Assembly: GCA_041742355.1 (NCBI GenBank)
Contig: JBGSIV010000174.1
Span: 1 to 43,376 of the forward strand
Length of the DNA: 43,376 bases
Direction: 5' to 3'
Source: Candidatus Zixiibacteriota bacterium
GTDB taxonomy: Bacteria; Zixibacteria; MSB-5A5; GN15; FEB-12
Shown one piece after another: positions 25,965 to 35,787 of the stretch. How positions within the stretch are numbered: position 1 is the stretch's first letter; every line of letters begins with the position of its first letter. Below the pieces are notes generated by a model. The model saw only the letters and a list, made by a program, of their open reading frames with translations, was not told where the DNA came from and ran no database searches. The position numbers and the translations under genes are program-made.

Positions 25965-28157
25965 TCAGATAGAATACTTGACGCCCGCGAAAACCTGGAA
26001 CCCCGGCCAGTAGCCGTAGGTCACATTGGTCTCGTCGAGCAGGTTTTCCATACGCAGGAACGTCTCGAGATCGCTCCCGAAGCGTTTGAAGAAATTGACA
26101 TTGAGCGTCGTGCGGTGCGGGGCGTACTCGGGCTCCCCTTCGTTGCCGCCGGTGTTGGAACGGGCGACCCAGAGCTTGCGCGAGGCGTAATCCCCCCAGA
26201 ACGATGCCCCCACCCCGTACTTCTCGTAAAACCCGGTCAGAAAGACCTTGACCGTGTGGTCGGGGCGGTTGACCAGCTTGGAGCCGGTGCCGAGATCGCG
26301 CGAGTAGAGGTAGTTGTACGAGAACTGGAAATCGACCGCGCTGCTCAGACGGACGCGCGACTCCCACTCGACCCCCTGGGTGATGGCGCGCTCGACGTTG
26401 TCGTAGACATAGCGGCCGCGCCAGTAACCGTCGCTGAAATCCAGCAGGACAAACTCGATAAGATCCTCGAGGTGGTTGTAGAAATACGTGATGCGGTGCA
26501 GGCCGATAGTGCCATAGGAGAATTCGGCCGACACCGAGCTGTTGACCGAGGTCTCGGGTTCCAGATCGTTGCCAAGGACGCTTCCCCCGTAGACGATGTA
26601 GCCGGCGGCGGTGTGGTCGAATACGAAGAACTGCTGTTTGATCGAGGGGGCGCGGAAACCGCGGCCGACAAAGCCGCGCAGCTTGAGCCGCTCGCTCACG
26701 GCCCACATGGCGTTGAACGACGGGTTCAGATGATCGCCGAAAGACGAGTGGTGTTCGTAGCGCAGGCCGGGGAGGAAGCTGAAGCCCTCAAACGGCGAAT
26801 GCTCGTACTGGAGGTAACCGGCGTACGAACGGTCGGCCTTCTTCTCGTCGATGAGTTCGTCGGAATCCAGATCCTGGTAGATGTACTCCAAACCGTAAGT
26901 GGCGACATGGCTGGGGCCGATGACGTAGTTCGAGGTATAGGTCAGGTCGTAGTAAAGGTCCTCGGTCAGGGAAGTGTCGATCCAGTAGCCGTCGCCGTAC
27001 TTGTTGAAATCGTGGTCGTAGTAGGTGCCGAAAAGGCGGAACTTCATCGAGTACCTGTCGCCCGAGAGGTAGTCAAACGAGAGGGAGCCCTCGTAGCGGT
27101 TGTTGGTCTCCTCGTCGTCGTAGGTGTAGGTGGTGTCGCGCAGTTCGTTGAGGGCGACAACTTCCGATTCGACCCAGTCGCGCTTCTCGCGCATGTAGCG
27201 GGCCGATGAAGTCATGCTCCAGCGGTCGCCGAGGACAGTCCTGGTCTTGCCGTGGAGATTGAGGCGTTTGACCGCGTCCTGGCCGTTGGTGTGCGGCGTG
27301 GATTCATCGAGGTCGAACCCGTCGGTGTTGTAGTACCGGCCGCCGAGATTGAACGTTGTACGGCCGCGGCCGAACGAGAGGTCGGCGGAGGGGTTGAAAC
27401 TGGTATGGGAGCCGTAGTCGAAGTACAGATCCCCCTTGAGTTCCTGGCTGTTCGGTTTGCGCGTAATGATGTTGATCACGCCGCCGATCGCCTCGGAGCC
27501 GTAGAGCGTCGAGCCGGTCCCTTTGACGATTTCTATTTTCTCGACATTGGTCAGGGCGTACTGGGAAAGGTCGATCGCGCCTTTGACGCGGCCAACCGCC
27601 CGCTCGCCATCGACCAGAACCAGCACGCGGTCGCCTTCAACCCCGCGGACCGTAGCCTCCGATCCGGAGAGCCCACCCTGGGTGACGCTGATACCGATGG
27701 AAGAGACGAGCGCTTCATCGACCGACTTCGCGCCCGTACGCTGAAAATCACGCTGGGTGATGACCTCGGTTTCCACCGGCACGTTCTTCAGAAGATGCGG
27801 GGAACGGGTACCGGTCGTGACAACATCGTTGAGCACCCACGGCGCGGGCGTCAGTTTGATGCGCAGGTTGTCCGCGCCGGGAGCAGTAACAACCAGGGTA
27901 TCGCTGCGGTCATAGGCGATGTGCGTGACGATGAGCCGGTAGATTCCGGCGGGAAGATCAGCCAGGCTGAAGAACCCGTGTTTGTCGGTACCGACCACCT
28001 GGTCGGTTTCGATCACGCGGATGTTGGCGTCGCGAATGGGACGTCCGGTTTCGACGTCGATAACCTGTCCGGTCAGTTGCGGCGAAGCGGCGGCGAGAAG
28101 GGTCGCCGGGAGGATCATCAGCAATGAGAGGAGGCAGTACGTTCTCATAGTTTTCAT
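25965..28157 (-). CDS. TonB-dependent receptor (probable heme/iron uptake)
   Basis: Signal peptide, N-terminal carboxypeptidase-regulatory-like domain, plug (VVTTGTR, RVLVLVDGE, IEIVKGTGSTLYGSEAIGGVINIIT), GFRAPS and DLEPE motifs, ENLLD, aromatic C-terminus. Confidence 0.92.
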   Translation of the reverse strand: MKTMRTYCLLSLLMILPATLLAAASPQLTGQVIDVETGRPIRDANIRVIETDQVVGTDKHGFFSLADLPAGIYRLIVTHIAYDRSDTLVVTAPGADNLRIKLTPAPWVLNDVVTTGTRSPHLLKNVPVETEVITQRDFQRTGAKSVDEALVSSIGISVTQGGLSGSEATVRGVEGDRVLVLVDGERAVGRVKGAIDLSQYALTNVEKIEIVKGTGSTLYGSEAIGGVINIITRKPNSQELKGDLYFDYGSHTSFNPSADLSFGRGRTTFNLGGRYYNTDGFDLDESTPHTNGQDAVKRLNLHGKTRTVLGDRWSMTSSARYMREKRDWVESEVVALNELRDTTYTYDDEETNNRYEGSLSFDYLSGDRYSMKFRLFGTYYDHDFNKYGDGYWIDTSLTEDLYYDLTYTSNYVIGPSHVATYGLEYIYQDLDSDELIDEKKADRSYAGYLQYEHSPFEGFSFLPGLRYEHHSSFGDHLNPSFNAMWAVSERLKLRGFVGRGFRAPSIKQQFFVFDHTAAGYIVYGGSVLGNDLEPETSVNSSVSAEFSYGTIGLHRITYFYNHLEDLIEFVLLDFSDGYWRGRYVYDNVERAITQGVEWESRVRLSSAVDFQFSYNYLYSRDLGTGSKLVNRPDHTVKVFLTGFYEKYGVGASFWGDYASRKLWVARSNTGGNEGEPEYAPHRTTLNVNFFKRFGSDLETFLRMENLLDETNVTYGYWPGFQVFAGVKYSI

Positions 28158-28464
28158 AGTCAAATTCGCTGTCGGTTCACGGTGTCGTTTCCGGGGGGAA
28201 GTATCGGCTGAAAAAGGACTAATTGTGTCATAATAGTGTCAATTCTTCGGATAAAATTAGTGCAGATTTACCGAACAAACAGGACTTCTTGACCCTTGTT
28301 TTGCTGGCAGGGCTCTCGGGTCGACAGCGGCACTACCAAGCTTCTGAGAGTCAAGGAATTTGAATGGCACAAGCAGGACGCGGAGGGCAATGGCGAAAGG
28401 AAGGGAAGGGGTCACGACTCAAGCTGACACCCAAGGAGGGACGGCGCCTCGCCCGGAAGAGGAA

Positions 28465-28833
28465 CTATCTCTTTCCGCCGCGATAGTCTTCGATAGCGGC
28501 GCGGATAGCGTCGGGGGCGAGGTTGCTGCAGGACATCTTCTGTTCGGGGAGTCCGCCGAGGGCTTGGGCGACCTCGTCACGGGTAAGCCGTGAGGCTTCA
28601 TCGAGCGTCTTTCCCTTGACCATTTCGGAGGCCATGGAGCTGCAGGCGATAGCGGCGGCGCAGCCGAACGTCTGGTAGCGGATATCGGCGATGCGGTCCG
28701 CTTCGACTTTGATGAAGATCTTCATGACATCGCCGCAGGCCGGGTTGCCGACCTGCCCGATACCGTCGGGGCGGTCGATCTCCCCGGTGTTGCGCGGGTT
28801 TTGGAAGTGGTCGAGGACAGTCGGGTTGTACAT
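28465..28833 (-). CDS. iscU: Fe-S cluster scaffold protein, IscU/NifU N-terminal family
   Basis: YNPTVLDHFQNPRNTG, GNPACGD, TFGCAAAIA, LGGLPEQKMSCSNLA (three Cys). Confidence 0.9.
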   Translation of the reverse strand: MYNPTVLDHFQNPRNTGEIDRPDGIGQVGNPACGDVMKIFIKVEADRIADIRYQTFGCAAAIACSSMASEMVKGKTLDEASRLTRDEVAQALGGLPEQKMSCSNLAPDAIRAAIEDYRGGKR

Positions 28834-28840
28834 GGGAGGT

Positions 28841-28869
28841 AGTATACAGGTCGTTGCGAGTTGAGGCAA
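28841..28869 (-). promoter_or_regulatory. Putative sigma70-type promoter of iscU (leaderless)
   Basis: Minus strand TTGCCT, 17 bp, TATACT, 7 nt, ATG; no Shine-Dalgarno. Confidence 0.6.
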
Positions 28870-29041
28870 GGGGCTAACTGGCCTTCGCCTTGTCGCTGGT
28901 TATAGGGGCTCCAAATAGCTGTGACAAATTTGTTGACAACATTCGATATTGAAATGTAACCAATTGCATCTAAGTGTTTCTTTTGCAATCGTATAGGTGT
29001 ATATTTGTCGTGTCACAAATCAGGACATAAGGACTGCCAAA

Positions 29042-30235
29042 ATGAACGAAGGAAATCGCCCATACCGGGAGACCCACCCGTGGATTAGCTTCACTCTTGA
29101 CCTCCATCGGCTGAGCATTCAAACCTGGATAGGATTGGGGGAAGCCCAGTCGAAGTGTGACCACATTGCCAAGATGCCGCTTAATCCTGCCGTGGCCGAA
29201 GCCATGCATCGGCTGTATTTGGCGAAGGGTGTCAGAGGGACAACGGCAATCGAGGGGAATACTCTATCAGAGGAAGACATCCTTCGACAGATCGACGGAA
29301 ACCTGCACTTGCCGCCATCCAAAGAGTATCAGGGCAGAGAGGTACAGAACATTGTGGAGGCCTGCAATCTGATTAGGCAGCGCGTGGTAGAAGCCACCGG
29401 AATGAAGTTGACCAAGGAGGATCTGCAGAAATACAATGAAATGGTGCTGCATGGTCTGGACCGAGAGGATGGAGTTTCGCCAGGACAGATTCGCTGTCAC
29501 TCAGTCGGTATTGCTGGGGCTCGTTATCGTGGCGCACCTGCCGAGGATTGCGAATACCTGTTGGACCGCCTTTGCGCATGGCTCAATGAGTTTGAGAGTC
29601 CTACCGAACAAGACCGAGTCGCCTATGGGATTCTAAAGGCCATTATCGCACACGTATACCTGGCGTGGATTCATCCATTCGGTGACGGCAATGGGAGAAC
29701 GGCAAGGCTGGTAGAGTTTCAGCTTCTCTTGGCATCTGGTGCCCCTACGCCGGCCGCTCATCTTCTCAGCAATTTTTACAATGAAACGAGAGCCGAGTAC
29801 TATCGCCAACTGGCTCGAAGCTCAAAGTCGGCGACGGCTATCGTGTCCTTCATTGACTATGCTGTCGCCGGATTGGTGGACGCTCTTCGCAATCAGCTGC
29901 GATTCATCTGGGAGCAAGTTTGGGAAGTGACCTGGGAAAGCTACATTCACGACCAGTTCAAGGGGAAAGAGAAGGCAAGCGACATAAGGCAGAGACACCT
30001 GGCGCTCGATATCTCCCGTGCGTATCCGACTTCGGAGCCAATGCTGCCGAGCAACGTGACGAGAGTTAGTCCACGTGTGGCCGCAGATTACGCCAGGAGG
30101 ACACAGCGGACTGTCGTTCGGGATCTACAAGTGCTTCGCAGGATGGGACTTGTCGTTATCAATGATGACGGAAGCATCAAGCCCAATCGCGAACTAATAT
30201 TCTCCTTTCTGCCGCAGAGGTGCAACCCCGAGTGA
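29042..30235 (+). CDS. Fic family protein (class II-like) with C-terminal HTH
   Basis: Canonical HPFGDGNGRTAR motif; N-terminal inhibitory-type TTAIEGN; C-terminal RTVVRDLQVLRRMGLV; visibly lower GC than neighbours. Confidence 0.92.
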   Translation: MNEGNRPYRETHPWISFTLDLHRLSIQTWIGLGEAQSKCDHIAKMPLNPAVAEAMHRLYLAKGVRGTTAIEGNTLSEEDILRQIDGNLHLPPSKEYQGREVQNIVEACNLIRQRVVEATGMKLTKEDLQKYNEMVLHGLDREDGVSPGQIRCHSVGIAGARYRGAPAEDCEYLLDRLCAWLNEFESPTEQDRVAYGILKAIIAHVYLAWIHPFGDGNGRTARLVEFQLLLASGAPTPAAHLLSNFYNETRAEYYRQLARSSKSATAIVSFIDYAVAGLVDALRNQLRFIWEQVWEVTWESYIHDQFKGKEKASDIRQRHLALDISRAYPTSEPMLPSNVTRVSPRVAADYARRTQRTVVRDLQVLRRMGLVVINDDGSIKPNRELIFSFLPQRCNPE

Positions 30236-30272
30236 TTCCCGCACCGGCTCCAACTCCCTGTCATTAAAATAA

Positions 30273-30301
30273 TTGACGGCGTAACGGGGTGACCGTACCT
30301 T
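30273..30301 (+). promoter_or_regulatory. Putative sigma70-type promoter (leaderless or near-leaderless)
   Basis: TTGACG, 17 bp, TACCTT, 8 nt, ATG 30310. Confidence 0.5.
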
Positions 30302-30309
30302 TTCGCTTC

Positions 30310-32310
30310 ATGGGCAATGTAATGAAGAATCTGCGGCTGGTCGCGATCGTCATTGTCGTGGCAGTCGTGGGATACTACGCCGTGGACTGGCTGACGCCGG
30401 TAAACCAGATCGACAAACTGGCCAAAATCACCCACCTGGAAGACCGGCGGGAGTTGTCGAGCCGGCTCAAGGCGTACCTTGAGGATAACGACCCGGTGGT
30501 GCGCGCCCGCACGGCGTTGGCGATCGGACGGATCGGCGGCAAGGGGAGCGCCGAGCCCCTCATGGACATGCTGGCGGACAGCGTCTGGGATGTGGCCACG
30601 ACAGCGGCGACAGCGATCGGGTTCACCGGGGAGAAACAGGTCGCGCTGACATTGCTCGAAACCGCCGACAAGCTCCCCCCACGGATCACGGCGCGGGCGG
30701 TGGAATCCGCCGGCCGCCTGACCGACAGCAGCGCTACCGAAGCCATCCAGACGCTCGCCGGCTTCCTGTCGCACCCCGCGCCGGAAGTGCGCGAGAAAGC
30801 GGTGATGGCGCTGTTCCGGGCGAAAGCGAAAGAAGCGGCGCCCGAAATCATACGCCTGCATGCGTCCGAGCCGGATGAACTGGTGCGGCAGGCCTGCCTG
30901 TATTTCCTCGCGCGGTACGATATTGCCGAAGCCGAGAATGTCTTTGAATTCTACCTCGCCGATCCGGATCCATATCTCCGGGCGCTCGCAATCCAGGGGA
31001 TGGGGGCGATCAAGACCGAGGATGCCCGGCGTTACGTGAGCATCGCCCTCAACGACAACACCGATCGGGTCGTGGCCACCGCGATCAACGAGCTGGCCGG
31101 ATCGTCCGACCCGTATACCCCCGACCTCCTCGTACGAAAATTGGGTGTGGAGGAGAACCCGAAACTGATTGTGGCGCTGATCGACGCCTTGGCCCGGCTT
31201 GAAAGTGAAGGAGGGGTCAGCGAGGCGAAACGGGCGGCCTTCACCTACGGATCGGCGCCGCTCATGGCGGCCATGGTGAAGTACAGCGCGGCAGTCGAGC
31301 GGGGGCGGGCAATCGACCTGATCGATTCGCTCCTGCGGGTCGAAAAACCCCTCGTCCGCGCAGCCTGCGCCGAGGCGCTCGGCCTCATCCACCAGAACAA
31401 TGTCGCCCCGAGGCTGACCACCCTCCTGAAAGACCCCGCGCCGATGGTCCGCTGGACCGCCCTCGCAACGCTCCTGGAAGCCGATTCGGCCAACCAGGAG
31501 TTCTACCTCCAACAGGGGCTCGATGACACCGACTACGTCGTGGTCGGGACGGCGGTGGACGCCGTCGGCGAACGAAAGGTCGGAAAGTTCCTGCCGCAGC
31601 TGCGGCAATTGATCGAAAAGGGGGCGTCGACAGCGGTCGACGTACGGCGGTCGGTGGTAAACGCGATGCGGCCGTTCCTGGCCGAGCCATCGACCGACTC
31701 GACTGCGGTGCTGGCGATTATGCGAGCCGGGTTGCGCGATCCGAACTACATCGTACGGCGGGATGCCTCCCTGCTCTGGGATGAATTGATCGAACTGCCC
31801 AAACCGGCGGTATCACTGGTAGCGGACACGCGCTACAGCGAATCGAAAGTGCGGAGCACGCTGGAGAAGTACGCGGCGAATCCCTTCGCCCGGATCGTGA
31901 CCAGCGAGGGGGAGATCGAAGTTGAGCTGTACCTCGATGTCGCGCCGCTGACGGTACTGAATTTCATCACGCTGGCCGAGGACGGCTTCTACGACGGCCT
32001 CACGTTCCACCGGGTCGTGCCGAATTTCGTGGTGCAGGGGGGAGACCCGCGCGGTGACGGATCGGGCGGACCGGACTGGCACATCCGCGATGAATACTCA
32101 TCGGAACCGTACGTCCGCGGGTCGGTCGGAATCGCCACCTCCGGCAAGGATACCGGGGGATCGCAGTTTTTCATCACGGTGTCGCCGCAGCCTCACCTCG
32201 AGGGGCGCTACACGGTGTTCGGGCGCGTAATCGGGGGAATGGAAGTGGCCGACCGCCTGATGGTCGGCGATGACATCAAGACCATTCGAATTGAAAAAGG
32301 CACATCATGA
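30310..32310 (+). CDS. HEAT-repeat protein fused to cyclophilin-type peptidyl-prolyl isomerase
   Basis: N-terminal TM/signal, many D.DP.VR..A..ALG repeats, C-terminal APLTVLNF...FYDGLTFHRVVPNFVVQGGDP...GGSQFFIT...HLEGRYTVFG. Start 30289, 30310 or 30322. Confidence 0.92.
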   Translation: MGNVMKNLRLVAIVIVVAVVGYYAVDWLTPVNQIDKLAKITHLEDRRELSSRLKAYLEDNDPVVRARTALAIGRIGGKGSAEPLMDMLADSVWDVATTAATAIGFTGEKQVALTLLETADKLPPRITARAVESAGRLTDSSATEAIQTLAGFLSHPAPEVREKAVMALFRAKAKEAAPEIIRLHASEPDELVRQACLYFLARYDIAEAENVFEFYLADPDPYLRALAIQGMGAIKTEDARRYVSIALNDNTDRVVATAINELAGSSDPYTPDLLVRKLGVEENPKLIVALIDALARLESEGGVSEAKRAAFTYGSAPLMAAMVKYSAAVERGRAIDLIDSLLRVEKPLVRAACAEALGLIHQNNVAPRLTTLLKDPAPMVRWTALATLLEADSANQEFYLQQGLDDTDYVVVGTAVDAVGERKVGKFLPQLRQLIEKGASTAVDVRRSVVNAMRPFLAEPSTDSTAVLAIMRAGLRDPNYIVRRDASLLWDELIELPKPAVSLVADTRYSESKVRSTLEKYAANPFARIVTSEGEIEVELYLDVAPLTVLNFITLAEDGFYDGLTFHRVVPNFVVQGGDPRGDGSGGPDWHIRDEYSSEPYVRGSVGIATSGKDTGGSQFFITVSPQPHLEGRYTVFGRVIGGMEVADRLMVGDDIKTIRIEKGTS

Positions 32311-33131
32311 AAATGAGACTTCCCCTACTGGCAGCGGCGCTCGCAGTGACCGGTGCGATCACCCTGTTTGCGCAGGAAGCGCCGATTATCGACAAGGAGG
32401 CGCTGATTGACCAGATTGTCGCGGTCGAACAGCGGCAGCGGGCGCAGATCACCGACCTGGTCTTCGACGCCGAGTATATCGAGCTGGACCCGGAAGCGGA
32501 AGTGGACGAGAACGCGACGCCGGAGGCGCGTTTCATCAAGCGCGTGTATGTCAAGCTGGCCGAGGACACGGCCTTCTACCACGAGGAGTACAAGGAGTAC
32601 TACAAGAACGGCCGGCTGCAGACACCGGGCGAAACCAGGAAGCAGGCCGAGGAGCGGATCGAGAAAGCCCAGAAGCGCAAGGCGCGCAATATCAGCTACC
32701 CCATGGTCCGGCCGTTCTACCCCGAATTCCGCAATGAATACGAGATCGCCTACGACGGCATCGAGGAAATCGAAGACACCACCTGCTACCACTTCCGGGT
32801 CGTTTCAAAGGTGAGCGATGACGACCACATCAACGGGGACTACTACTTCGAAACGGACGGGTTCCATCTGGTGCGGGTGGACTTTTCCCCGGCGAAACTG
32901 GTGAGCAAGACGATGTTCAAGCTGAGCCGCCTGGACATGTCCATCACCTACGGCCCCACGCCGGAGGGATTCTGGCTGCCGGAGCAGTTCGAAGTCGCCG
33001 GGCAGGGGAAAGCGGCCCTCTTGTTCGGCGTGAAGTTCGCCGGAGTCGAGTACTACCGGAATCCGCAGATCAACGTGGGCGTGCCGGAGTACATCTTCAA
33101 TACGAGCGAGGAGACCGATGACGAGCAGTGA
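32307..33131 (+). CDS. Hypothetical secreted protein (beta-rich, possibly LolA/MucB-like fold)
   Basis: Signal peptide ending LFA-QE, strong coding bias, overlaps with both neighbours; GFWLP motif near the C-terminus. Fold is a guess. Confidence 0.75.
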   Translation: MKMRLPLLAAALAVTGAITLFAQEAPIIDKEALIDQIVAVEQRQRAQITDLVFDAEYIELDPEAEVDENATPEARFIKRVYVKLAEDTAFYHEEYKEYYKNGRLQTPGETRKQAEERIEKAQKRKARNISYPMVRPFYPEFRNEYEIAYDGIEEIEDTTCYHFRVVSKVSDDDHINGDYYFETDGFHLVRVDFSPAKLVSKTMFKLSRLDMSITYGPTPEGFWLPEQFEVAGQGKAALLFGVKFAGVEYYRNPQINVGVPEYIFNTSEETDDEQ

Positions 33132-33618
33132 GAAGTACAAAGCCCACCTGGTGCGCGTCGAGGTCCCGGAGGGTGTGAACGTCATCTTCGGGATGTCGCA
33201 CTTCATCAAGTCGGTGGAGGATCTCTACGAGACGCTGGTGGAAGCGTCGCCATCGATCAAGTTCGGCATCGCTTTCTGCGAGGCCTCGGGCAAGCGGCTG
33301 ATTCGAACCGACGGCAATGTGAGCGAGCTGGTCGAGCGGGCAAGCCGGGCGGCGTTCGATGTCGGCTGCGGCCACACGTTCTTCATCTACCTGCGCGACG
33401 CCTTCCCGGTCAACGTGCTGGGACGCGTGAAAAACGTCAGCGAGGTGTGCCGGGTCTTCTGTGCGACCGCCAACCCGCTGGAGGTGATTGTCGCCGAAAC
33501 CGAACAGGGACGCGGCGTGCTGGGAGTGATCGACGGCCAGGCGCCGCTGGGCATCGAAGGAGACGACGACAAAAAAGAACGCCGGGAATTCCTGCGGAAG
33601 ATCGGGTACAAGCGGTGA
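33118..33618 (+). CDS. Adenosine-specific kinase family protein (DUF355)
   Basis: [63 protein letters not shown]. Confidence 0.9.
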   Translation: MTSSEKYKAHLVRVEVPEGVNVIFGMSHFIKSVEDLYETLVEASPSIKFGIAFCEASGKRLIRTDGNVSELVERASRAAFDVGCGHTFFIYLRDAFPVNVLGRVKNVSEVCRVFCATANPLEVIVAETEQGRGVLGVIDGQAPLGIEGDDDKKERREFLRKIGYKR

Positions 33619-33660
33619 CCGGGCCAACGCGAGCGGCGCGATACAACGAGGTGATGAAGC

Positions 33661-34287
33661 GTGAATAGAAGCTGGATGCGCTGGGTCCTGGCGATCGCCA
33701 TGACGTCGATCAGTGTCTTCCCCTGGAGTAGTGCCGCTGCCGACTCGGGGGATCCGGTGCGATTGGGCATCCTCATGGGCCTGAATCACAGCTCCCGGAA
33801 CGGTGACCTCGCCGACATGCAATGGGTGAACGGCTTCGCCGGCGGACTTTCACTGCGCGTGAACCAACCCCGGCGCCCGTGGGTCGAATTCCAAATGCTC
33901 TACAGCCGGAAAGGATCGGCCTGGACAGAGGGTGGACTGGACTCCGACCTGCGGCTGACCTACCTCGAATTCCCCATCCTTTTCGGACTCCCGCTGCGGA
34001 TCACCGATAGCCTGTTCTTCGAGCCGCGTGCCGGTTTCGCGCCCGCCCGCAAAGTCGATGAGGAGCTTACCATCGACGGCTCGTCATTTTCGTCCCACTA
34101 CTTCAACGACTGGGATGTTGGCGTGATCTTCGGCGCCTCGGTGCGGCGCGAGTTGGCGCGTGTTGGATTGAGCTTCGAAATACGCTACACAATTGGACTG
34201 ATCGATATCGATAACCCCGACGAAACCGATTTCCGGGGATCCGACAGGAACAGGTCGGTCAGTTTTCTGGCCGGCGCGGCATTTTGA
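33661..34287 (+). CDS. Outer membrane beta-barrel protein (porin/PorT-like family)
   Basis: Signal peptide, YSRKG, LTYLEFPIL, EIRYTIGL, terminal Phe. Confidence 0.82.
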   Translation: MNRSWMRWVLAIAMTSISVFPWSSAAADSGDPVRLGILMGLNHSSRNGDLADMQWVNGFAGGLSLRVNQPRRPWVEFQMLYSRKGSAWTEGGLDSDLRLTYLEFPILFGLPLRITDSLFFEPRAGFAPARKVDEELTIDGSSFSSHYFNDWDVGVIFGASVRRELARVGLSFEIRYTIGLIDIDNPDETDFRGSDRNRSVSFLAGAAF

Positions 34288-34336
34288 CGACAGCGGCGCA
34301 CTCAGCGTGCCCCGCAGCAGACAGGAAAGACACGTT

Positions 34337-34543
34337 ATGCGATTTGAGATCGAACGAAACGAAACCGAGCGCATCGTCATCGAGGACAGCGAATTCAAGG
34401 GGCACCTGCTGGTTCACCTCCGGATCCACTTCCTCGCCGAAGAAGACAAGTGGCTCCCGACCAAAAAGGGCGTATCATTCCGTGTCGACCAGCTCGACGA
34501 AGTGATCGACGCCCTGCAGAAAATCAAGGCCGGGCTGAAGTAG
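34337..34543 (+). CDS. PC4/YdbC-like ssDNA-binding protein
   Basis: SEFKGHLLVHLRIHF...WLPTKKGVSF...LDEVIDAL matches the PC4 (p15) family pattern; AGGA RBS. Confidence 0.85.
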   Translation: MRFEIERNETERIVIEDSEFKGHLLVHLRIHFLAEEDKWLPTKKGVSFRVDQLDEVIDALQKIKAGLK

Positions 34544-34586
34544 ACTACCCACGCGAAACGGACGATTCCCCGGCGGTCATTATTCC

Positions 34587-35369
34587 ATGCTGATATTCAC
34601 CTACGACAAGGTGCGGCTCGAGGAGCACTTCCGCCGCGACCCGGTGCTCTTTGCCTACCACCTCGGCGACCTGGAGGACTTCTTCTTCGAGCGGTGCCAG
34701 TGGGGAGCAACCTACTACAAGAGCACGCGGATCGACGAGTGCGTCCTGATCTACCATGCCCCCTTCGGTTCGACCGTGCTGGCGTTCGGGCTGAGCGAAC
34801 GATTTGCCGGGTTGCTGGAAGAAACGGTGGAACTCCTGCCGGCCAGGTTCTTCGGGCACTTCTTCGCCGAGTACCGACCGGTTTTCGAACCAGTGTACCG
34901 CGAGGAACGGTTCGGGACGAACATCCGCATGAAGCTGACCGATCTCCGCCCCCACCACGCCGATGCCGACGGGGCGAGCATCCGGCGGCTCGGAAACGAC
35001 GACCTGCTCGACCTGGGGCGATTCTACCGCGAGGCGTTCCCGGGATGCTACTTCGACGAGCGCATGATCGACAGCGGGAAATACTTCGGGTGGATTGACG
35101 GAGGACGGATCGTGGCGGCGGCGGGAGTGCACGTCTACTCGCCGCAGTACCGGGTGGCGGCAATCGGAAATGTCGCAACCCATCCCGACTTTCGGGGGCG
35201 CGGACTCGCCACGAAACTCTGCTCACGCCTGAGCGAGGAGCTGTCGGCCGAGCGTCTCCTGGTTTGCCTCAATGTCGCGAGCACCAACGCCCCGGCGATC
35301 CGCTGCTACGAGAAACTGGGATTCGTGCCGGCGTTCTCGTACGAGGAATCGCGGTTCGAGTTGAAGTGA
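34587..35369 (+). CDS. GNAT family N-acetyltransferase (FR47-like C-terminal domain)
   Basis: IGNVATHPDFRGRGLA, LNVASTNAPAIRCYEKLGF. Confidence 0.9.
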   Translation: MLIFTYDKVRLEEHFRRDPVLFAYHLGDLEDFFFERCQWGATYYKSTRIDECVLIYHAPFGSTVLAFGLSERFAGLLEETVELLPARFFGHFFAEYRPVFEPVYREERFGTNIRMKLTDLRPHHADADGASIRRLGNDDLLDLGRFYREAFPGCYFDERMIDSGKYFGWIDGGRIVAAAGVHVYSPQYRVAAIGNVATHPDFRGRGLATKLCSRLSEELSAERLLVCLNVASTNAPAIRCYEKLGFVPAFSYEESRFELK

Positions 35370-35382
35370 GCGACAGTTAACC

Positions 35383-35601
35383 TCAACCGGTAAACAGATC
35401 GAAAATGTTGCCGAGCATGCTGGTATCGGCCTTGAAGAACTCGGCGTACCGGCACCGGGTGCAGACGACACTGGAAAAGCGCTGACCCTGAACATCGAAT
35501 ATCTTCGACCAGAAACCGCCCGCGGCCCGGATCTCTCCGATTTCACACTGGTTGTTGCCGCACTTGGGGCAACGGTAGTTCAACGACACTTGCATGGACA
35601 T
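35383..35601 (-). CDS. Small zinc-ribbon protein
   Basis: CPKCG...SKIFDVQ...VCTRCRYAEFF...IFDLF. Start 35601 or 35595. Confidence 0.85.
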   Translation of the reverse strand: MSMQVSLNYRCPKCGNNQCEIGEIRAAGGFWSKIFDVQGQRFSSVVCTRCRYAEFFKADTSMLGNIFDLFTG

Positions 35602-35733
35602 GCTCCAGCCGGCGGCGTTCATCGCGCCGGTTCATTTATGGAGAGTACCGGCCCGCGGCGCGAATATTCACAAAAAAAGAACCCCCCATCCGGGCGATGC
35701 CTGCCGCTCATCCCGACGAACGCGCGAAGGCAC

Positions 35734-35763
35734 GACGGCGGAGCCTATCCCGGCTCCGCCGTC
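35734..35763. terminator. Strong hairpin downstream of the OMP gene (possible terminator)
   Basis: GACGGCGGAGCC / GGCTCCGCCGTC 12-bp perfect stem; no clear U-tract. Confidence 0.45.
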
Positions 35764-35787
35764 ACAACTGCCGCCCGGCACTGCCCC

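Noticed and set aside
24592..26013. Long antisense ORFs (also 37972-39852, 30088-31608, 10992-12410, 2820-3947)
   Set aside because: Shadow frames of well-supported genes in high-GC DNA, with no recognisable motifs.
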